The notes below the pieces were generated by a model. The model saw only the letters and a list, made by a program, of their open reading frames with translations, searched no databases and was not told the DNA's origin. A stretch of 64,000 bases of DNA from Mytilus californianus. Taxonomy: Eukaryota. The position numbers and the translations under genes were made by a program. Where the stretch lies: NCBI RefSeq assembly GCF_021869535.1, contig NW_026262615.1, positions 28,396,001 through 28,460,000 of the forward strand, read 5' to 3'. Below are positions 23,919 through 38,092 of the stretch, in pieces (within the stretch, counting starts at the first letter, position 1; each line of letters opens with the position of its first letter).

Positions 23919-26264
23919 ATTTTTATTTTATTTTGTTGTCTTGTTGTATACTGCTTATTATTTGGAAAGAGTATGTTAAAGTTTGTTAAAAAATTCGCCA
24001 CATATTTATGTTGTATTGCTGCTACCAAATAATTATTTACCTTTGATCTGCACTGTAGAGTACCCAGAATACAAGGTATTTAATATAAAACAACTGAAGA
24101 CCATGTTATCTGGATGTATTTATCTTTAATGATAAATTTTAACAATTTCAAAACAATCATTAACACATTCGAACTTCGCATTACACACCATTTATGTCCT
24201 TATTTTTTTACACTATTATTTCAAAGAGCATATATAAAGGAAATGTGTCAAAACGAACTTAAGATCGACAAAGAAGCCAAGCTGTGTGCGAAAGAAAATT
24301 CCCTTTTATATCTTACAATTCGTACATCGTTGTTTTTACTCATTCCAAGCTGACTAGTTTATTTTAAAAAAAAAATACTTTCATTATTAATTCAACAAAG
24401 ACAATTAACATGATTAATACAAAAATAAGTGAGATGAAAGACACCATAATTATACCTAATCAACATTCTAAATTACAATCAACAGTCATTAAAATTAATT
24501 CTAAATAAAACAAATGTAAGAACAAAGCCCATTAACATGTTTATTCGTACTCTGCTCGTCCACCTTCGCACTGTTCTCATGTACTGCTAAACAGAGTGCT
24601 CTTATGTTTTGTCAGCAGAGTAATAGTAATGAGTTGAAACGTGTGAATTACAGATCTGTAAGATACCTGCTTCCTGTTTTCCGTTACATTGATTCACGAG
24701 TTGGGATGTGCTAAGTGCGATAGCGCGTCGGCTCCTCGTCCCATTCGTCCATCTTACATGATGAAGTGTAATTGAACTTAATTGGTATATCTATATACAT
24801 GTTTTTAATTCAAAGATTATGACAAAAGTTAAAAGAATATATCCACTCTCCCATCATCTAACTTATTGAATGGTTGATAAATAAATTTATTATATATACT
24901 TAGTAGTAACTACAGGTCACGTCATCGATATCAGTCACGGTTATAAAGGCTTTATCAAACCCCGAGTTTGAATTACATCATCTCACGTGAAAAAAAATCA
25001 TCTGCTTGAAGTATATAATAAAGTGTATATGATATGGCTTTTTCAATATCACTACCCGTATCAACCCTTCATTAATATAATCCCTCCGAGAAGAGCTCTT
25101 GGGATTATATTGGTGTCTCGGGTTGATACAGGTGTGATATTGAAAACGCCATATGATATTCTCTATACACTTTGATGATCTGACATATAAATCATTAAAA
25201 TATCGAAAAAAAAAATGTTTAAGGAATTGTTGTATTCTGCTCCATAAATTTCCATACTTTGATACGTAATTTCATTTTTCGGTAGAAAGAGTAAAATATT
25301 CGAATGCCATTTTAAAAATATCGCAATACGTCCACTTCATTTGAACTTTGGTGGGTAGTTTTCTCATTGGAAATCATACCATATCTCCATATTTTTTATA
25401 TATTAGGGACAAAAAGGAGGGAAAAAAAATACCACGGGCCCAATTATAACAGACAAAATCACCACCAAAAGGAAAAACGACGAAACCAACTTTAAAAAAA
25501 CACTACACAAGCCTTAGAAATTCAGCAATAAAAGCCAAACCATGGATAAAAGTAAAATACCAAAAAATACCGAACTCCAAGAAAAATTGAAAACGGAAAG
25601 TCCATTATCAAATGGCAAAATCAAAAGCTCAAACGCATCAAACGAATGGAAAACAAATGTCATATTCTTGATGCACGTGTAACTCGTTGCAAATTAAAAT
25701 ATGATGATAATTCTCATTCGGTAACGTTGTAATTTCATCCGATTTTATCTGTTACACGTACAAGTATCTAATTTCGGTCAAACAAATTATGATGACGTCC
25801 GAAGAGATGACTTCAACTTTACTATTTGGAATGCTATGTGCATGCACAATAGATTCATTGCAAGTAATAACTCTCCACTAAGGAAATGATCGACAAAAAA
25901 TTCACACAGATCAATGGCAAAGTATTATATCACTTGTAACACCCATTTGAAATTGATGTTGTCTAATGATTTTATACGAATGAAATTTCAAACATTGATA
26001 AAAGCACATGTGTAAACAACTCATAAATCAGGCCGTAGTTTCCTCGTTTGAAGTCATTTGCATTTGTCATGTTGGAGTCTTTTATAGCTTACTTTTTGGG
26101 TATGGAGTTTTCCAATTGCTTAAGTAAAGGCAACAGTAGTATACCGATGTTCGAAACTCATAAATCGATAGAAATAAAAACAAATCCGGGTTACAAACTA
26201 AAACTGAGGGAAACGCATCAAATATAAGAGGAGAACAACGACACAACAAAAACACACGGTGACC

Positions 26265-26376
26265 TTTATCTTCTTCTTGATATACCCGACGACGACATGA
26301 TCACCGGTCTCAAGTATTCCTATTTTGGAAGTGGTTCATTTACCATTTTACTCGGGTATATCAAGAAGAAGATAAA
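26265..26376. repeat. 25-bp perfect inverted repeat with a 62-bp spacer (small MITE-like)
   Basis: TTTATCTTCTTCTTGATATACCCGA ... TCGGGTATATCAAGAAGAAGATAAA. Confidence 0.85.
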
Positions 26377-26489
26377 ACGTATAACCGAAATGTTCAAAAA
26401 CGTTTTAAACAAAAAATTCTGATTATGTTCTAGCACATATACAACACCTGCTGTTGTTGTACTTTCATACAGAATAGCAACCCGGTAAT

Positions 26490-27260
26490 TAAAAATAAGG
26501 AGATGTGGTATGATAGCCAATAAGACAACTATCCACCAAAGTAATAGAAAGGAGTGGATGTAAGCAATTATAGGCAACCGTACTGCCTTCAACAATGAGA
26601 AAAATCCATACCGTATAGTCGGCTATAAAAGGCCCCGACACAAAAAATATGAACAATTCAATTGAGAAAACTCACGGCCTAATTTATAACAAAACAATTT
26701 ACGAAAAACAAATATGACAGACATGAACCAACGACAACCACTGAACTACAGGCTCCTGACTTGGGACAGGCACATAAAGAATGTGGCGGGGTTAAACATG
26801 TTTGTGAGCGCTCAACCCTCCCCCTAACCTGGGACAGTGGTGTTACAGTACAACATAAGAATAAACTATATAATTAGTTGAAAAGGGTTTAACTCATCAG
26901 ATCGAGACAAAGCAGAAAAACATCTAACAAAAAAACACAGACCGGACGTGGTAGGGTATCTATACATCCATAACAACATAAAAAAGACACAAAGTATAGA
27001 TCTGAGAATACTCGCAGTTACTGACAGCTGGTTCAAAGCCAATTACAACTAATAAAAAATCATGTATCTAAGACTCAAAATATCAATCAGTACACATCCA
27101 ACATCCATAGGATTTAGTGTAAAGACGTCATTAACAGTCAGAGAAAAACATGACTTTGAGCAATGCCAAAACATAGGTATCGATAGATTGTAGTACATTG
27201 AAAGTAAATATGTGTATAACAATAATATTAAGTATGGTTTTAATTTACTGATAACGAAAC
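26490..27260 (-). mobile_element. 5'-truncated Penelope-like copy: last RT codons (FVISKLK) plus 3' region
   Basis: Collinear with 34701-35470. Confidence 0.75.
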
Positions 27261-27329
27261 ACTTGTTTAAACATTTTGATTGTTTTTGGCTTTCCATATA
27301 ATACATGTGTTTAATATCAATATAAATTT

Positions 27330-28770
27330 AGAATGGAAACGGGGAATGTGTCAAAGAGACAACAACCCGACCAAAGGGCAGAAAACAGCCAAAGGCCACC
27401 AATGGGTCTTCAACAAAGTGAGAAAAGCCAGAAAATCACACTAAACTCCGAAACATATAAATGAACCAAAATTTAAAAAAAACATACAAGACTAACAAAG
27501 GCCAGAGGTTCCCGACTTGGGACAGGTGCAAAAATGCGGCAGGGTTAAACATGTTTGGTGAGATCTCAATCCTCCCCCTATACCTCTAGTCAATGTGGAA
27601 TAAAAAAAACACACAGCAATACAGTAAAACTCAGTTTAAAAGAAGTCCGAGTCTGATGTCAGAATAGGTAACAAAAGAAACTTAGCAAAAGGACAATGAT
27701 GAACATAAATTAACAAAGGACTACTAGCAGTTACTGACATGCCAGCTCCAGACCGCAAACAAACTGATTGAAAGATTATGTATTCATCATATGAAAATCA
27801 AGCACATTCCCTCCCGTTAGGAGTTTAGTATCATACCATCATAAAGTATACGAGAAGAACATAACCCGTAGCATGCCAATAACTGGTTTTAGAATAAATG
27901 TGTTTATTTCCGACGCAAAGACCCTATGAGTGAATCAATATTTATTCCAACAAATGCCATCTTTAATGACTTGACAACATTATCGTTACTATATCCCTTC
28001 TTAATAAGTCTGTTTAAAGGTTTGGTTAGATTTTGAGGTGAAAGAAGACATTTTTGTGCTTTATAAAGATTATTATCATAAAAGATTGGATGTCAAATAC
28101 CTGAACGTATAAGATGTCTGCACGTTGATTTATATTTACGAATGATATCCTTGTAACGATGATGAAATTAGTAAATATTTGGTGTAATAATTTTTCAGTA
28201 ATACAGAGATTTCTTTCGAGAAAATCAAATACATTGTAACATACACGAGCATATAAGATGGTGCCAATGGAACCATATAAAAATGGATAATTAAAAATAG
28301 AAAACTTAAAATCATCTCTTTTATCTTAAATTTTAGTATTAAGCTTCCCGTTAAAGATGAAGATATCAAGATCCAGGAAAGGACAGTGTTCATTGTTAGT
28401 ATTAGCTTTATTTAAAGTCAGTTCAGTATGATAAATATCTTTAGGTTACATACTGAAGTCGTCATTATTGAGAGCAAATATATCATCCAAATATCTAAAA
28501 GTATTATTAAATTTTTGTATCAATGTTGTTTGGATGGGTGTTTGCTGATTTAAGTCTTAAATTGTAACTCGTAACAATACAGAAAAAGGTCCCCAATAAG
28601 TGGTCCACAGTTAGCCCCATTTGAATTCCGATAACTTGACGATATACGGAATCTCCATAGCGAACAAAAATGTTATATAGTAAAAGATGTAAGTGCAGTT
28701 ATGGTATCAAAGCAGGTCCAATTGACATAATTCTTTTGTCTGTTGTTACTAAAATAAATAACCTAATATA
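27330..28770 (-). mobile_element. Second Penelope-like element: degraded RT (27890-28770) joined to a different 3' region (27330-27890)
   Basis: Minus strand NIFVRYG..VYRQVIGIQMG, FRYLDDIF, CPFLDLD, DKRDDF, DFLERNLCITEKLL; the 3' region is also seen alone at 37620-37915. Confidence 0.85.
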
Positions 28771-30770
28771 ATATGTTTGTTAATCAGGTCACACAATCCA
28801 ACCAGATTCTTAAACCGACATAAAACTAGTGGTATACGTGCTAGCGCTGTTTATGGCGTCAACAATGTTTTAGTTTGTGATTAGGTCAATTTAAGGGGAA
28901 TCACAAGTTATTTTCGTTTATTTTTTTGAACATAGATCAAACCGTTGGTTTTCTCGTTTGAAATGTTAAACATTTTTTTTTATGTCGGAGTTTTTTATAG
29001 CTTACTATACGGTATGGGATTTGTCTATCTTTGAATGCCGTACGGTGACCTATTATTGCTTACTACTACGTCATTTAGTTACTGATAAGAATAAGGAGAT
29101 GAGGTACGATTGCCAATGAAACAACCACTCACTAAAATTCAAATGAAGCGGATGATAGAAATTATAGGCAACAGTACGGCCCTCCAACAATGAGAAAATA
29201 CCAATACCGAATAGTCGGCTATAAAATGCCCCGCCATGAAAAATGTGAAACAAATCAATTGGGAAAACTAACGAACTAATTTATAAATAGAAAAAACATT
29301 TACGATATTAACAAAAGATAAACAAAGAATTAAAGGCTCCTTACTTGGGACAGGCACATAAGGAATAAGTCTTGGTAAAACATGTTTGTGGTATTTGTAT
29401 ATTAGATATAAAAAAATTCATTCAACTTAAATTTTTAAGATTGTAACGGAAAAAAAATAAATTTACCATTATTAACGTCGAATTGTGCCGCTATTGAATT
29501 AGTGAGAAAAAACCACATTGATGTCATCAGTTGCAGACATATAGCTATTTAGTCCAGTCCTGATTTCTGTCACCAAAAACATCTGAGAGATTACTTGAGC
29601 TACGGCTTAGATGCTACTATCCCCCTATCAGTTCTAGGTATAACAGTTTTCTTTACAGAAAATTCTAATAAAAATATGTTATTAATACAATTTACGACTC
29701 AGAAAAACTCTCAGATTGTGATATAGTTTCAGATTGTACACTTTCACCCAGTTTCAAAATTGGAAACAAAAACTATCCCACACTTTAACATGTTTAAAGA
29801 ATTCTCAGTTAAAGAATGTGGATGATTAACACCCTCTACCTTTTTTAGAGAAAAAATCTGTTTAAAATCTGTCTCCTCAATTGTGAGCACAAAGTAATGT
29901 ATTAGTGAATGAACACCATGTAATAGTTACAGAATATTCAGTGAAATTTAATTGGTTAATAATGATTGTACAAAGCAAAGCAACAAAGAATCATTCCATT
30001 ATAATATCATGATATAATTCCCGTCATTTGGACGACGACTGTTAACCTTAGAAAGTTCGATTCCAGTCGTTCATCCTCATAGCCCTGCTTGAGTATTGTT
30101 TGTGTTAGTAGCACGACTCATTCTTGTCAATGGAGTCTATATAATGTGAACATGCACGTGCGTAACGTTTCAATTCAGATATTAGTTTACTCGTTTGGAT
30201 TGTTTTACATTTGTCATTTCGGGGCCTTTTATAGCTGATAATGCGGTATGAGTTTTACTCATTGTTGAAGGCCGAACTGTGACCTATATGTGTTAATTTC
30301 TGTGTCATTTGGTCTCTTGTGGAAAGTTGTCTCATTGGCAATCATAACTCATCTTCTTATTTTATATATGAATGTCTTACGTACGATAGGACAGAGGTTG
30401 TGTTACTACTGAAAAATTGGGAGGCAATCTCTTCCATCAGCAGTTTACTTCTCAACTGCTCTCTATGTCGAAGAACTAGGCGAAGTTCAAAGAAAGAAGC
30501 AGACTTGTATGCATTATGTTATTTTTCAAAAAAAATGGAATGGAAAAGATACAAGTCTCGTCACTTTGAACTATTCTATGAAAATACATCACCTATAACG
30601 AAAATTGAAGTAATAGTATATCATTGGGATCGATTGGTGAATTGCGTGCAATACAAACACAGCTTGTTAATTGATATTTTGCGTGACATTATTCTGTCCA
30701 GTGTTTCTCTTTTTACAGCTTATATACTAACTGTTGGCCGTTTACAACAGTTGTATCTAAATTTTCTAAA

Positions 30771-30972
30771 ATGTTAAACTGTGCTACTGTTTTAATATTC
30801 GGATGTTCTATGGTGTCGTCTGCTTGTCAAATTTCTATTTCCGGTTATAAAGGGGAACTTGGCAGTGATCCAAGACTAGAACAGAAAATCCTGAAAATCG
30901 AGTATACACTGAAAACAACACTAAAAAGACACGAAGAGTTGCTCAACCAAATTCTGGAAAAGAAATATAATG
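30771..30972 (+). CDS. F-type lectin exon 1: signal peptide + coiled-coil segment
   Basis: MLNCATVLIFGCSMVSSA.. then RLEQKILKIEYTLKTTLKRHEELLNQILEK; phase-1 donor G|GTATG. Confidence 0.75.
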
Positions 30973-31650
30973 GTATGAAATAATGTATAAAATGTATTGC
31001 ATGTCATTTTAATTTTTTATTCTTCTTTTAAAATGTGTCTGGGAACTCACATCTGTGAGACTTTCGTACTTGATCATTGTATAGAGAGCTCCGTTTACCA
31101 TAAGTTTTTATTTATGAGGATGGTGATGGAACAGATTTTTGGTGGTTCGCGTTTAACTTATTCACATCTTTTTGCAAAGACACATGTTTATTGTTGAAGA
31201 TTGTATTTTGTCGTCTTCTGTATGTCCCTTTCTTTTGGTTATTAGTTTTATCGGGTTGTTGCCTTATTGAGGTACATTGTGTATTCTATATCTCCTTGTA
31301 ATCGAATAGACACAATGTGTGATCGATTATAGTTTGATTTTGATGAAGCAATACAACATTCGATTATAAATTACTTTGCTGAACGTACGACTTCAAAAAA
31401 TAAGAAGATAATGTATGATTATTAATGAGACAACTCTTCTCCAGCGACCCAATGACGTAGACGTTTACAACTATAGGTCACCGTACGGCCTTCCACAATG
31501 AACAAAACCCATATCGCAAAGTAAGCTATTAAAGGCCCCGAAATGACAAATGTAAATAAAATTACAAAAGGCACATCAATTGTCCTTTGTATAATTGAGA
31601 CAAGACGAACTGTATCTTTATAAATACAAACTTTCCTTTCTTTTTCAAAG

Positions 31651-31872
31651 ATCTGGTTCCAGCTAATATACGTTTGGAGGATGTGTCTTACAAGAAAATG
31701 ACAGGTCAAAGTTCCTCGCACTCTGGACACGGACCATCAGGCAGTGCTGTTGACGGCGATTTATCTACAATGTTTCATACGAATAATGAAAAGACGCCAT
31801 ATTGGTGGGTAGACCTTGGAGGATCCTTTTCAGTTCAACATGTTGAAATTTGGAATAGAGCACATAACTACG
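31651..31872 (+). CDS. F-type lectin (FTP/fucolectin) domain exon 2
   Basis: tttttcaaag acceptor; QSS, AVDGD, FHT, PYWWVDLG, VEIWNR; G|GTAAG donor. Confidence 0.92.
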
Positions 31873-32766
31873 GTAAGACAATGTATCCCTGTTGTTGGCA
31901 TAAATGAAAAAATTGTGAATTAAAATACTGAACTTAACGGTTTAGGATCTATTGTAGTAAATCATACTGCAAACGTTCAATTTAAGCAGTCTAAATGAGT
32001 TGACTGTATATATTTTTATGTCAAATACAGTTACTAATCGTATATTGCGTTGGGCCACGCCTACCACTTGAAATTCGTAATGAAATGTACACACTTTTCA
32101 TTGTTGATATTCCATTTTAAAATCTGCCGCATGATTTTAACTTCACGTTTTTAATCCGCCAAAGTCAGAGGCCTTTTATATGGTGAAAGCAGTTTTTAAA
32201 ATATTTTTTTCATCAAAATGAAAACACAAAATTGGTATAAAAATTGTTTTAAATTGTAACATAAAGACAACATTAGTGTATTGACTTGACATTATAACGA
32301 TATAAGGATTCGGCACGAAATGCAGAAATAACTTGGCAGAGCCTTCACGAATTTCCCCCGTTCTAAGCATTATCTTTACATCGTTAGTATGTCAAGTTCG
32401 TACAATATTATTGTCTTTAAATGATCATGCTAACTGATTATCGAATTGATGACTGCCTGATTTGCTGCATGCACTTTGCAAATGATATGTTATAGTTATT
32501 TGGAGCCCAAAACCTTTTTTTATGAATGTCGTTTCAGTTTCAATTAACTATAAAAAATTCTGAGTAAGCTATAAATCTTTGAATAAACTTATCCTATTAG
32601 AAATGAATGTTTATTTAGTCGTCCTGCACACTGAGCAACATATGGCGGAGTCTCAAATACTTTTAGGGAGCATATCACAATCATACACGTATCTCATTAA
32701 ACGTTCAATACAAATCATGATTTCTCATTTGTACATCCTACACAGCGTTAAACATTTTCATTTCAG

Positions 32767-32981
32767 GTCGTCGACTCCATGATTTGGATATTATGATTGG
32801 TCCAACTCTACGTGAAATGAAGCCATGTACTTATTACAAAGGCCCTGCTAGTAATGGGGAGCACCTTATTCTGAACTGCCGCAAAACTACGAAAGGAAGA
32901 TATGTTAAGCTTGCCTTACGAGGTCGCGAATGGCTACACCTTAGAGAAGTTAAAGTGTTTGCGTATGTCAAGGCTTGTTGA
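32767..32981 (+). CDS. F-type lectin exon 3 to stop; spliced ORF is 639 nt, 212 aa
   Basis: tttcag acceptor; RRLHDLDI..C..C..GRYV..LHLREVKVF..KAC*; all phases match, no stops. Confidence 0.92.
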
Positions 32982-34700
32982 AGCAAGTTATTAAAGATGC
33001 CATATGCTCTTTTTATTTGATTTATTATAATTTACCATGCTATTGTGTTACTAGGAATTTAAAATACCATTAATCTTACAGGTGTACGTATCATGTTATT
33101 GTCATATCTACCGAATGATTTCGGGACGTTGATTCAGCTTTGATTGGTGTCGATGAACATGATTTGGTTTCAGAGGATTTGTATTTTTAAAATGTGGAAC
33201 AGTTTCTGTCTTCTGTAACACCTGAAATCACCATCGGTTTTCGATATGGTACTTTATTTTTTCTCTGTCTTGAGATTTCTGTCGTCTATGAACTGTTTAA
33301 AGACTGTTGTATGTATGTCTGCGTTTTTTGACATGGTGTTGTCAGTTTGTCTTCGACGTTTGAGTTTTGAATGTCCCTTTTCTTTCTTTGTCCTCTTGCT
33401 GCAATGTTTAAACGTTTTCCATGATGATCCTTAAACTATCTAACAGAATCAACGGCCCAGTCTGTCCATATAAATTTAATGACAGTTTTTTAGTGCATTT
33501 GTTAACCATTACACTAAGAAACACATGATATGATTTCCTTGCCAGTAACACGTATTTCTTGACTTTAATCACAACGAAACACATCCTGCAAATGCATGAC
33601 ATACTTGCCGCTGGTCGATAAATAATATAACGTTAATCGATTAATATCCCTCCATGAACCTACAATACGTTTTCGTTTCCCAATACTTCCATCTAATATT
33701 TAGAATAGGCCTTAAACGTAACAGGGTTGTATAAATATGGCACATGTGGACTTCTCCGGTCTTCTTTTACGGTAAATGGTGGTTTCCGGTTAGCTGTGCC
33801 ACGTCAAGTTTGAATGAATATCTCAAATTTAATGGAATATTACTACGCTCTGCACTTTGTAAAAGGTCAATAAAGCTGGATTAAACTTCTCACCTTACCC
33901 AACGTATCCTCATTTACACTGAAAAACTTATGACATGTGTTTTTTTGCAACATCCGTTAATACACTCGAGATTGAGTAATTTGAAAGCAAAATAGTAATC
34001 AAAGTTTTAAAGCATAAACAAAAAAAAAACAGGACCAACCACAGCGACGAATTCATCATGAATACGCACGAGTTACATATAGATGGCAATGTGCGTTGAA
34101 CAAAATAACATTTCAGTTTCACTTATGCGTGTCTTTTTTCATACATATATATGAATTATAAATTTGCTTAACGTCCAGTTGGCAATATTGCACGCATATT
34201 CAAGACAAAAATGTATAAACGATAAATACAATTAACAATTAATAAACACAATAGGTTCCAGATAGTGGGTCAACCTAGATGAATAGCTGCAAATAACATG
34301 GTATTACCCAACACAAAACATCGCAACCTATTTAACATCCGCATTCGACCTGAAGTGACTAGCTGTGCAATGTAGGATAACATCTCTTTAACGTTGAATT
34401 GTGTAGGAGATAGTTCAGGTGGATAAATGAGGCTGACCGGTGGTTGATTAAATATCTTTATTTATTATGTAATTGATACTGCATATAAAGTACATGTACC
34501 TCTCGACGAAAGTCACTACGAAAAGCTTTTTTTATTGTATGTGTGTATATATTATTGATCAGTTTAATTGAGGTCCGAAGCTGGCATGTCAGATACTGTT
34601 AGTAAGCCTTTGTTTTTTTTATCATTGCTATTTTGCTTAGTTTCTTCTTATTTTAACATCGGACTTGGACTTCTTAAAACGTTTTTATTATGCCTATTGA

Positions 34701-37560
34701 TATATAAAAATAAGAAGATGTGGTATGATTGCCAATGAGACAACTTTCCACAAGAGACCAAATGACACAGACATTAACAACTATAGGTCATTGTACGGCT
34801 TTCAACAATAAACAATGCCCATACCGCATAGTTAGCTATAAAAGGCCCCGAAATGACAAATGTAAAACAATTCAAACGAGAAAACTAACGGCCTAATTTA
34901 TGTACAAAATGATGAACGAAAAACAAATATGTTACACAGTACTTAACGACAGCCACTGAATTACAGGCTCCTGACTTGGGACAGGCACATACAGAATGTG
35001 GCGGGGTTAAACTCGTTTGAAGGCACCAACTCCCCTAACCTAAGACAGTGGTGTAACAGTACAACATAAGAAAAAACTATAAAAAATCAGTTGAAAAGGC
35101 TTAACTCATCAGATAGATACAAACAGAAATACATCTAACAAAAACACAGAGTAGACGTGGACGGGTACTTATACATCTACACAACAGAAAGACACTAAGT
35201 ACAGATCTGAGAGTACTCGCAGTTACTGACAAGTAGTTCAAAGGCTGAAAAGCCAATAACAACTAATGAAAAAAAAAATCATTCATTTAAGACTTAAATA
35301 TCAGTCAGTCCACATCCAACATCCAATGGATTTAGTGTAAAGACGTCATAAACAGTCAGAGAAAAACATGACAATGCCAAGATACAGGTATCGACAGATT
35401 GTAAAGCCATTGATGTGCAAATGTATATAAAAATAATATTTAGTTTGATTTTAATTTACTGATAACAAAATCAATATTAACACCAATAAAAACAATATTC
35501 AAAGATCTAATTACAGTGTTATATTGGTAACCTTTTAGAATAAGTTTATTTAAAGGATCTATAAGTTTACCCGGATCGTTTCCAAATTTCCAGGCTCGGT
35601 AAACAAAATCTCCGTAAAAATGAGGATGTGCTATCCCGTTTGAAATAAGTTTTATACAGCTACAACCAAACTTCAAAATCAAATCATTATATCTATGGAA
35701 GCATTTAGTAAAGGTTTTAGGTAATTTGTGGTAACGAAATCCCTGACTTAATAATTTACCCGTAATACATAGATTACGTTCATTAAAATCCAAAACGTTA
35801 CAACAGACACGGGCATAGAGAACGAGTTGTGATATATAAACACCTTAAGATGGCGCCTAAGGAACATCACCGTCCAAAAAAGGAAAATTAACAACAGGGA
35901 ACGAAAAATCGTCCCTTTTGTCGTAACTTTTAGTGTAGAGTTTCCCGTGTAAAACTGAAATATCTAAATCTAGGAAAGGACAGTTATTACCGTATATATT
36001 TGATTTATTTAAAGTAAGTTCCTTTGGAAATTTCGGCAGTATATTTAGAAAATGTTTAATCAGTTAACGAAACAATATCATCAAGATAACGGTAGATGTT
36101 GTTGAATTTATCAATTAAATGTAATTTAGACGGGTCTTTCCTTAGTTTGGTCATAAACTGTGATTCATAACAGTACAAGAACAAGTCTTCTATAAAAGGG
36201 GCACTATTGGTGCCCATATAAATACCTAATACCTGTCGATAAACTTTATTGCCGAAACGTACATAAATATTATCAAGGAGAAAATTAACAGCTTCAATCG
36301 TCTCATCACACCTCAAGTAAGTATATCTAGCATATTTACCTTTCTCATTAGAGAAGAAGGCTTTAAATGAGTTGCAGCAAATATATTTGCATTCAGATTT
36401 ACCAAACGACCATTTAATTAAATAGGAAAACTTTTGTTTGATAAGATTTTGTGGAAGTGAAGTGTAAAGAGTTGAAAAGTCAAAACTGTCAACAGAATCA
36501 AAAGGACCATCAAAAGCACGTAATTTATCTAAAATATCCATAGAATTTTTTACACTAAAAAAAATAGTTAATTCCACTATTTTCATATATTTTGTTACAA
36601 AAGTTAATGATAAGTTCTTTGATAGTAGTTAAGGAACTAGTTAAAAGCACTGAAAGATTAGTTGTAGAACACTCACTAGAGGCCGAGATGAAACGATATT
36701 TTACTTTTTTTTTTGTATAGTATAGGTAACCAATACATAGTAGGGACCTTCAAATGTTCAGAAGAGGCCTTAAGCTGTGATGTGGTTATGATATGTTTGC
36801 TTACTAAATGACTCTCCGAGGAGCGCACAGACTTGAATGTATAAGAATTTAAAATTTCATTCTTCAGAACGTCCATGTGGTATTTACGACATAAAACCAC
36901 CACATTGTTGGCTGCTTTGTCGGCCGGTACAAACACAAACCGCTTTGAAAGTACTTGAAGTTTGTTTCTTATTCTAGAAATAGGCGTATTATGTACTCTT
37001 TTGTTTACTTCAGAATTTTTTTCAAAATGTGATATTCGAATATCCACTACATTCATACGTTTATTTAAATAAGAATCAAGATTTTTTATCAGATTTTTAC
37101 CGTTTACACCAATTTTTACAATACGATGAAAGAGCGTCTTTGTGACCTGACGACACTGTTTCCAATCTATTTTAGATGGAAGACGATATTTTGGTCTTTT
37201 TCTCAAAAAGTTTTTAACCTCTCGGTCTTGAACGATATTGATGTCCCCCTGTGCTGTTTATGATCTTCAAGTTTATCGATACGCGGGAACAGCCTATGGT
37301 GGCAAAAAGCTGTAATTATACGCGAACATTCATAGAGTGGGCTGAAGAACGAGATTGTGTAACACTCCTGGAAAATATCATGGAATTTACTAATTGGTAT
37401 TTGACCTTGTTTACATAATAATTGATGCCTACCATTGTTTTTAAATATAAATAGGAGATCAGCAAGTGTATCATTTATACGATTTTTAGTTTGTTGATTT
37501 CGATTGATACGTTTGCCATGAGAACTATTATTACGTTGTCTTTTATCAACAATATTCATG
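34701..37560 (-). mobile_element. Penelope-like retroelement, 5'-truncated (RT ~35440-37560, broken by frameshifts and stops; 3' region 34701-35440); possibly Naiad/Chlamys group
   Basis: K.PKYRLP, VPADKAANN, FDFSTLYT, GIYMGTNSAP, YLDDI, DKRDDF, KLLSQGFRYHKL; 35793-36056 bridges the ORF-track pieces by frameshift; no GIY-YIG seen. Confidence 0.88.
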
Positions 37561-37948
37561 ATATCAATAGAAGAAGGGACAGGTGTGTTTGTTTATTCCA
37601 CATTGGCTAGATATATAAGGGTAGAGATCTCACAAACCACATTTAACCCCGCCGCATTTTTACGCCTGTCCCAATTCAGGAACCTCTAGCATTTGTTAGT
37701 CTTGTGTTTTTTTTTTTTAAATTTTGGTTCATTTGTATGTTTCGGAGTTTAGAGTGGTGTCCATTTCGCTGAACTAGCATATATTATTGTTTAGAGGCCA
37801 GCTTAGGGAGAGGGACTTTCTTGCTGCGTTGAAGACCCATTGGTGGCCTTGGGCTGCTCTTTGGTCTGGTTGTTGTCTCTTTGACACACTCCCCATTTCC
37901 GTTCTCTATTCTTTTAGTATTTTTGTATTAATTTTAAGCATTTTACAG

Positions 37949-38052
37949 TTTTTTTGTCAATAAGATGGATTATATGTTATCAGTCATTGGTTGTAGTGTT
38001 GGACTTGGAAACTTGTGGAGATTTCCATAGGTGTGCATGAAAAATGGTGGAG
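37949..38052 (+). pseudogene. SLC6 TM1 exon with TAG at 38028-38030 (RFP*VC instead of RFPY.C)
   Basis: [29 protein letters not shown]|GTAAG donor. Confidence 0.92.
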
Positions 38053-38092
38053 GTAAGAACAAAAAACAAATATGCAATCAAATGAGAACAAA

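Noticed and set aside
24545-24760. GC-richer patch reading MDEWDEEPTRYRT on the minus strand
   Set aside because: Stops in all frames and no recognisable family
30319-30777. 152-aa ORF just upstream of the lectin
   Set aside because: Starts inside a Penelope 3' repeat, is in a different frame from the lectin and has no domain features
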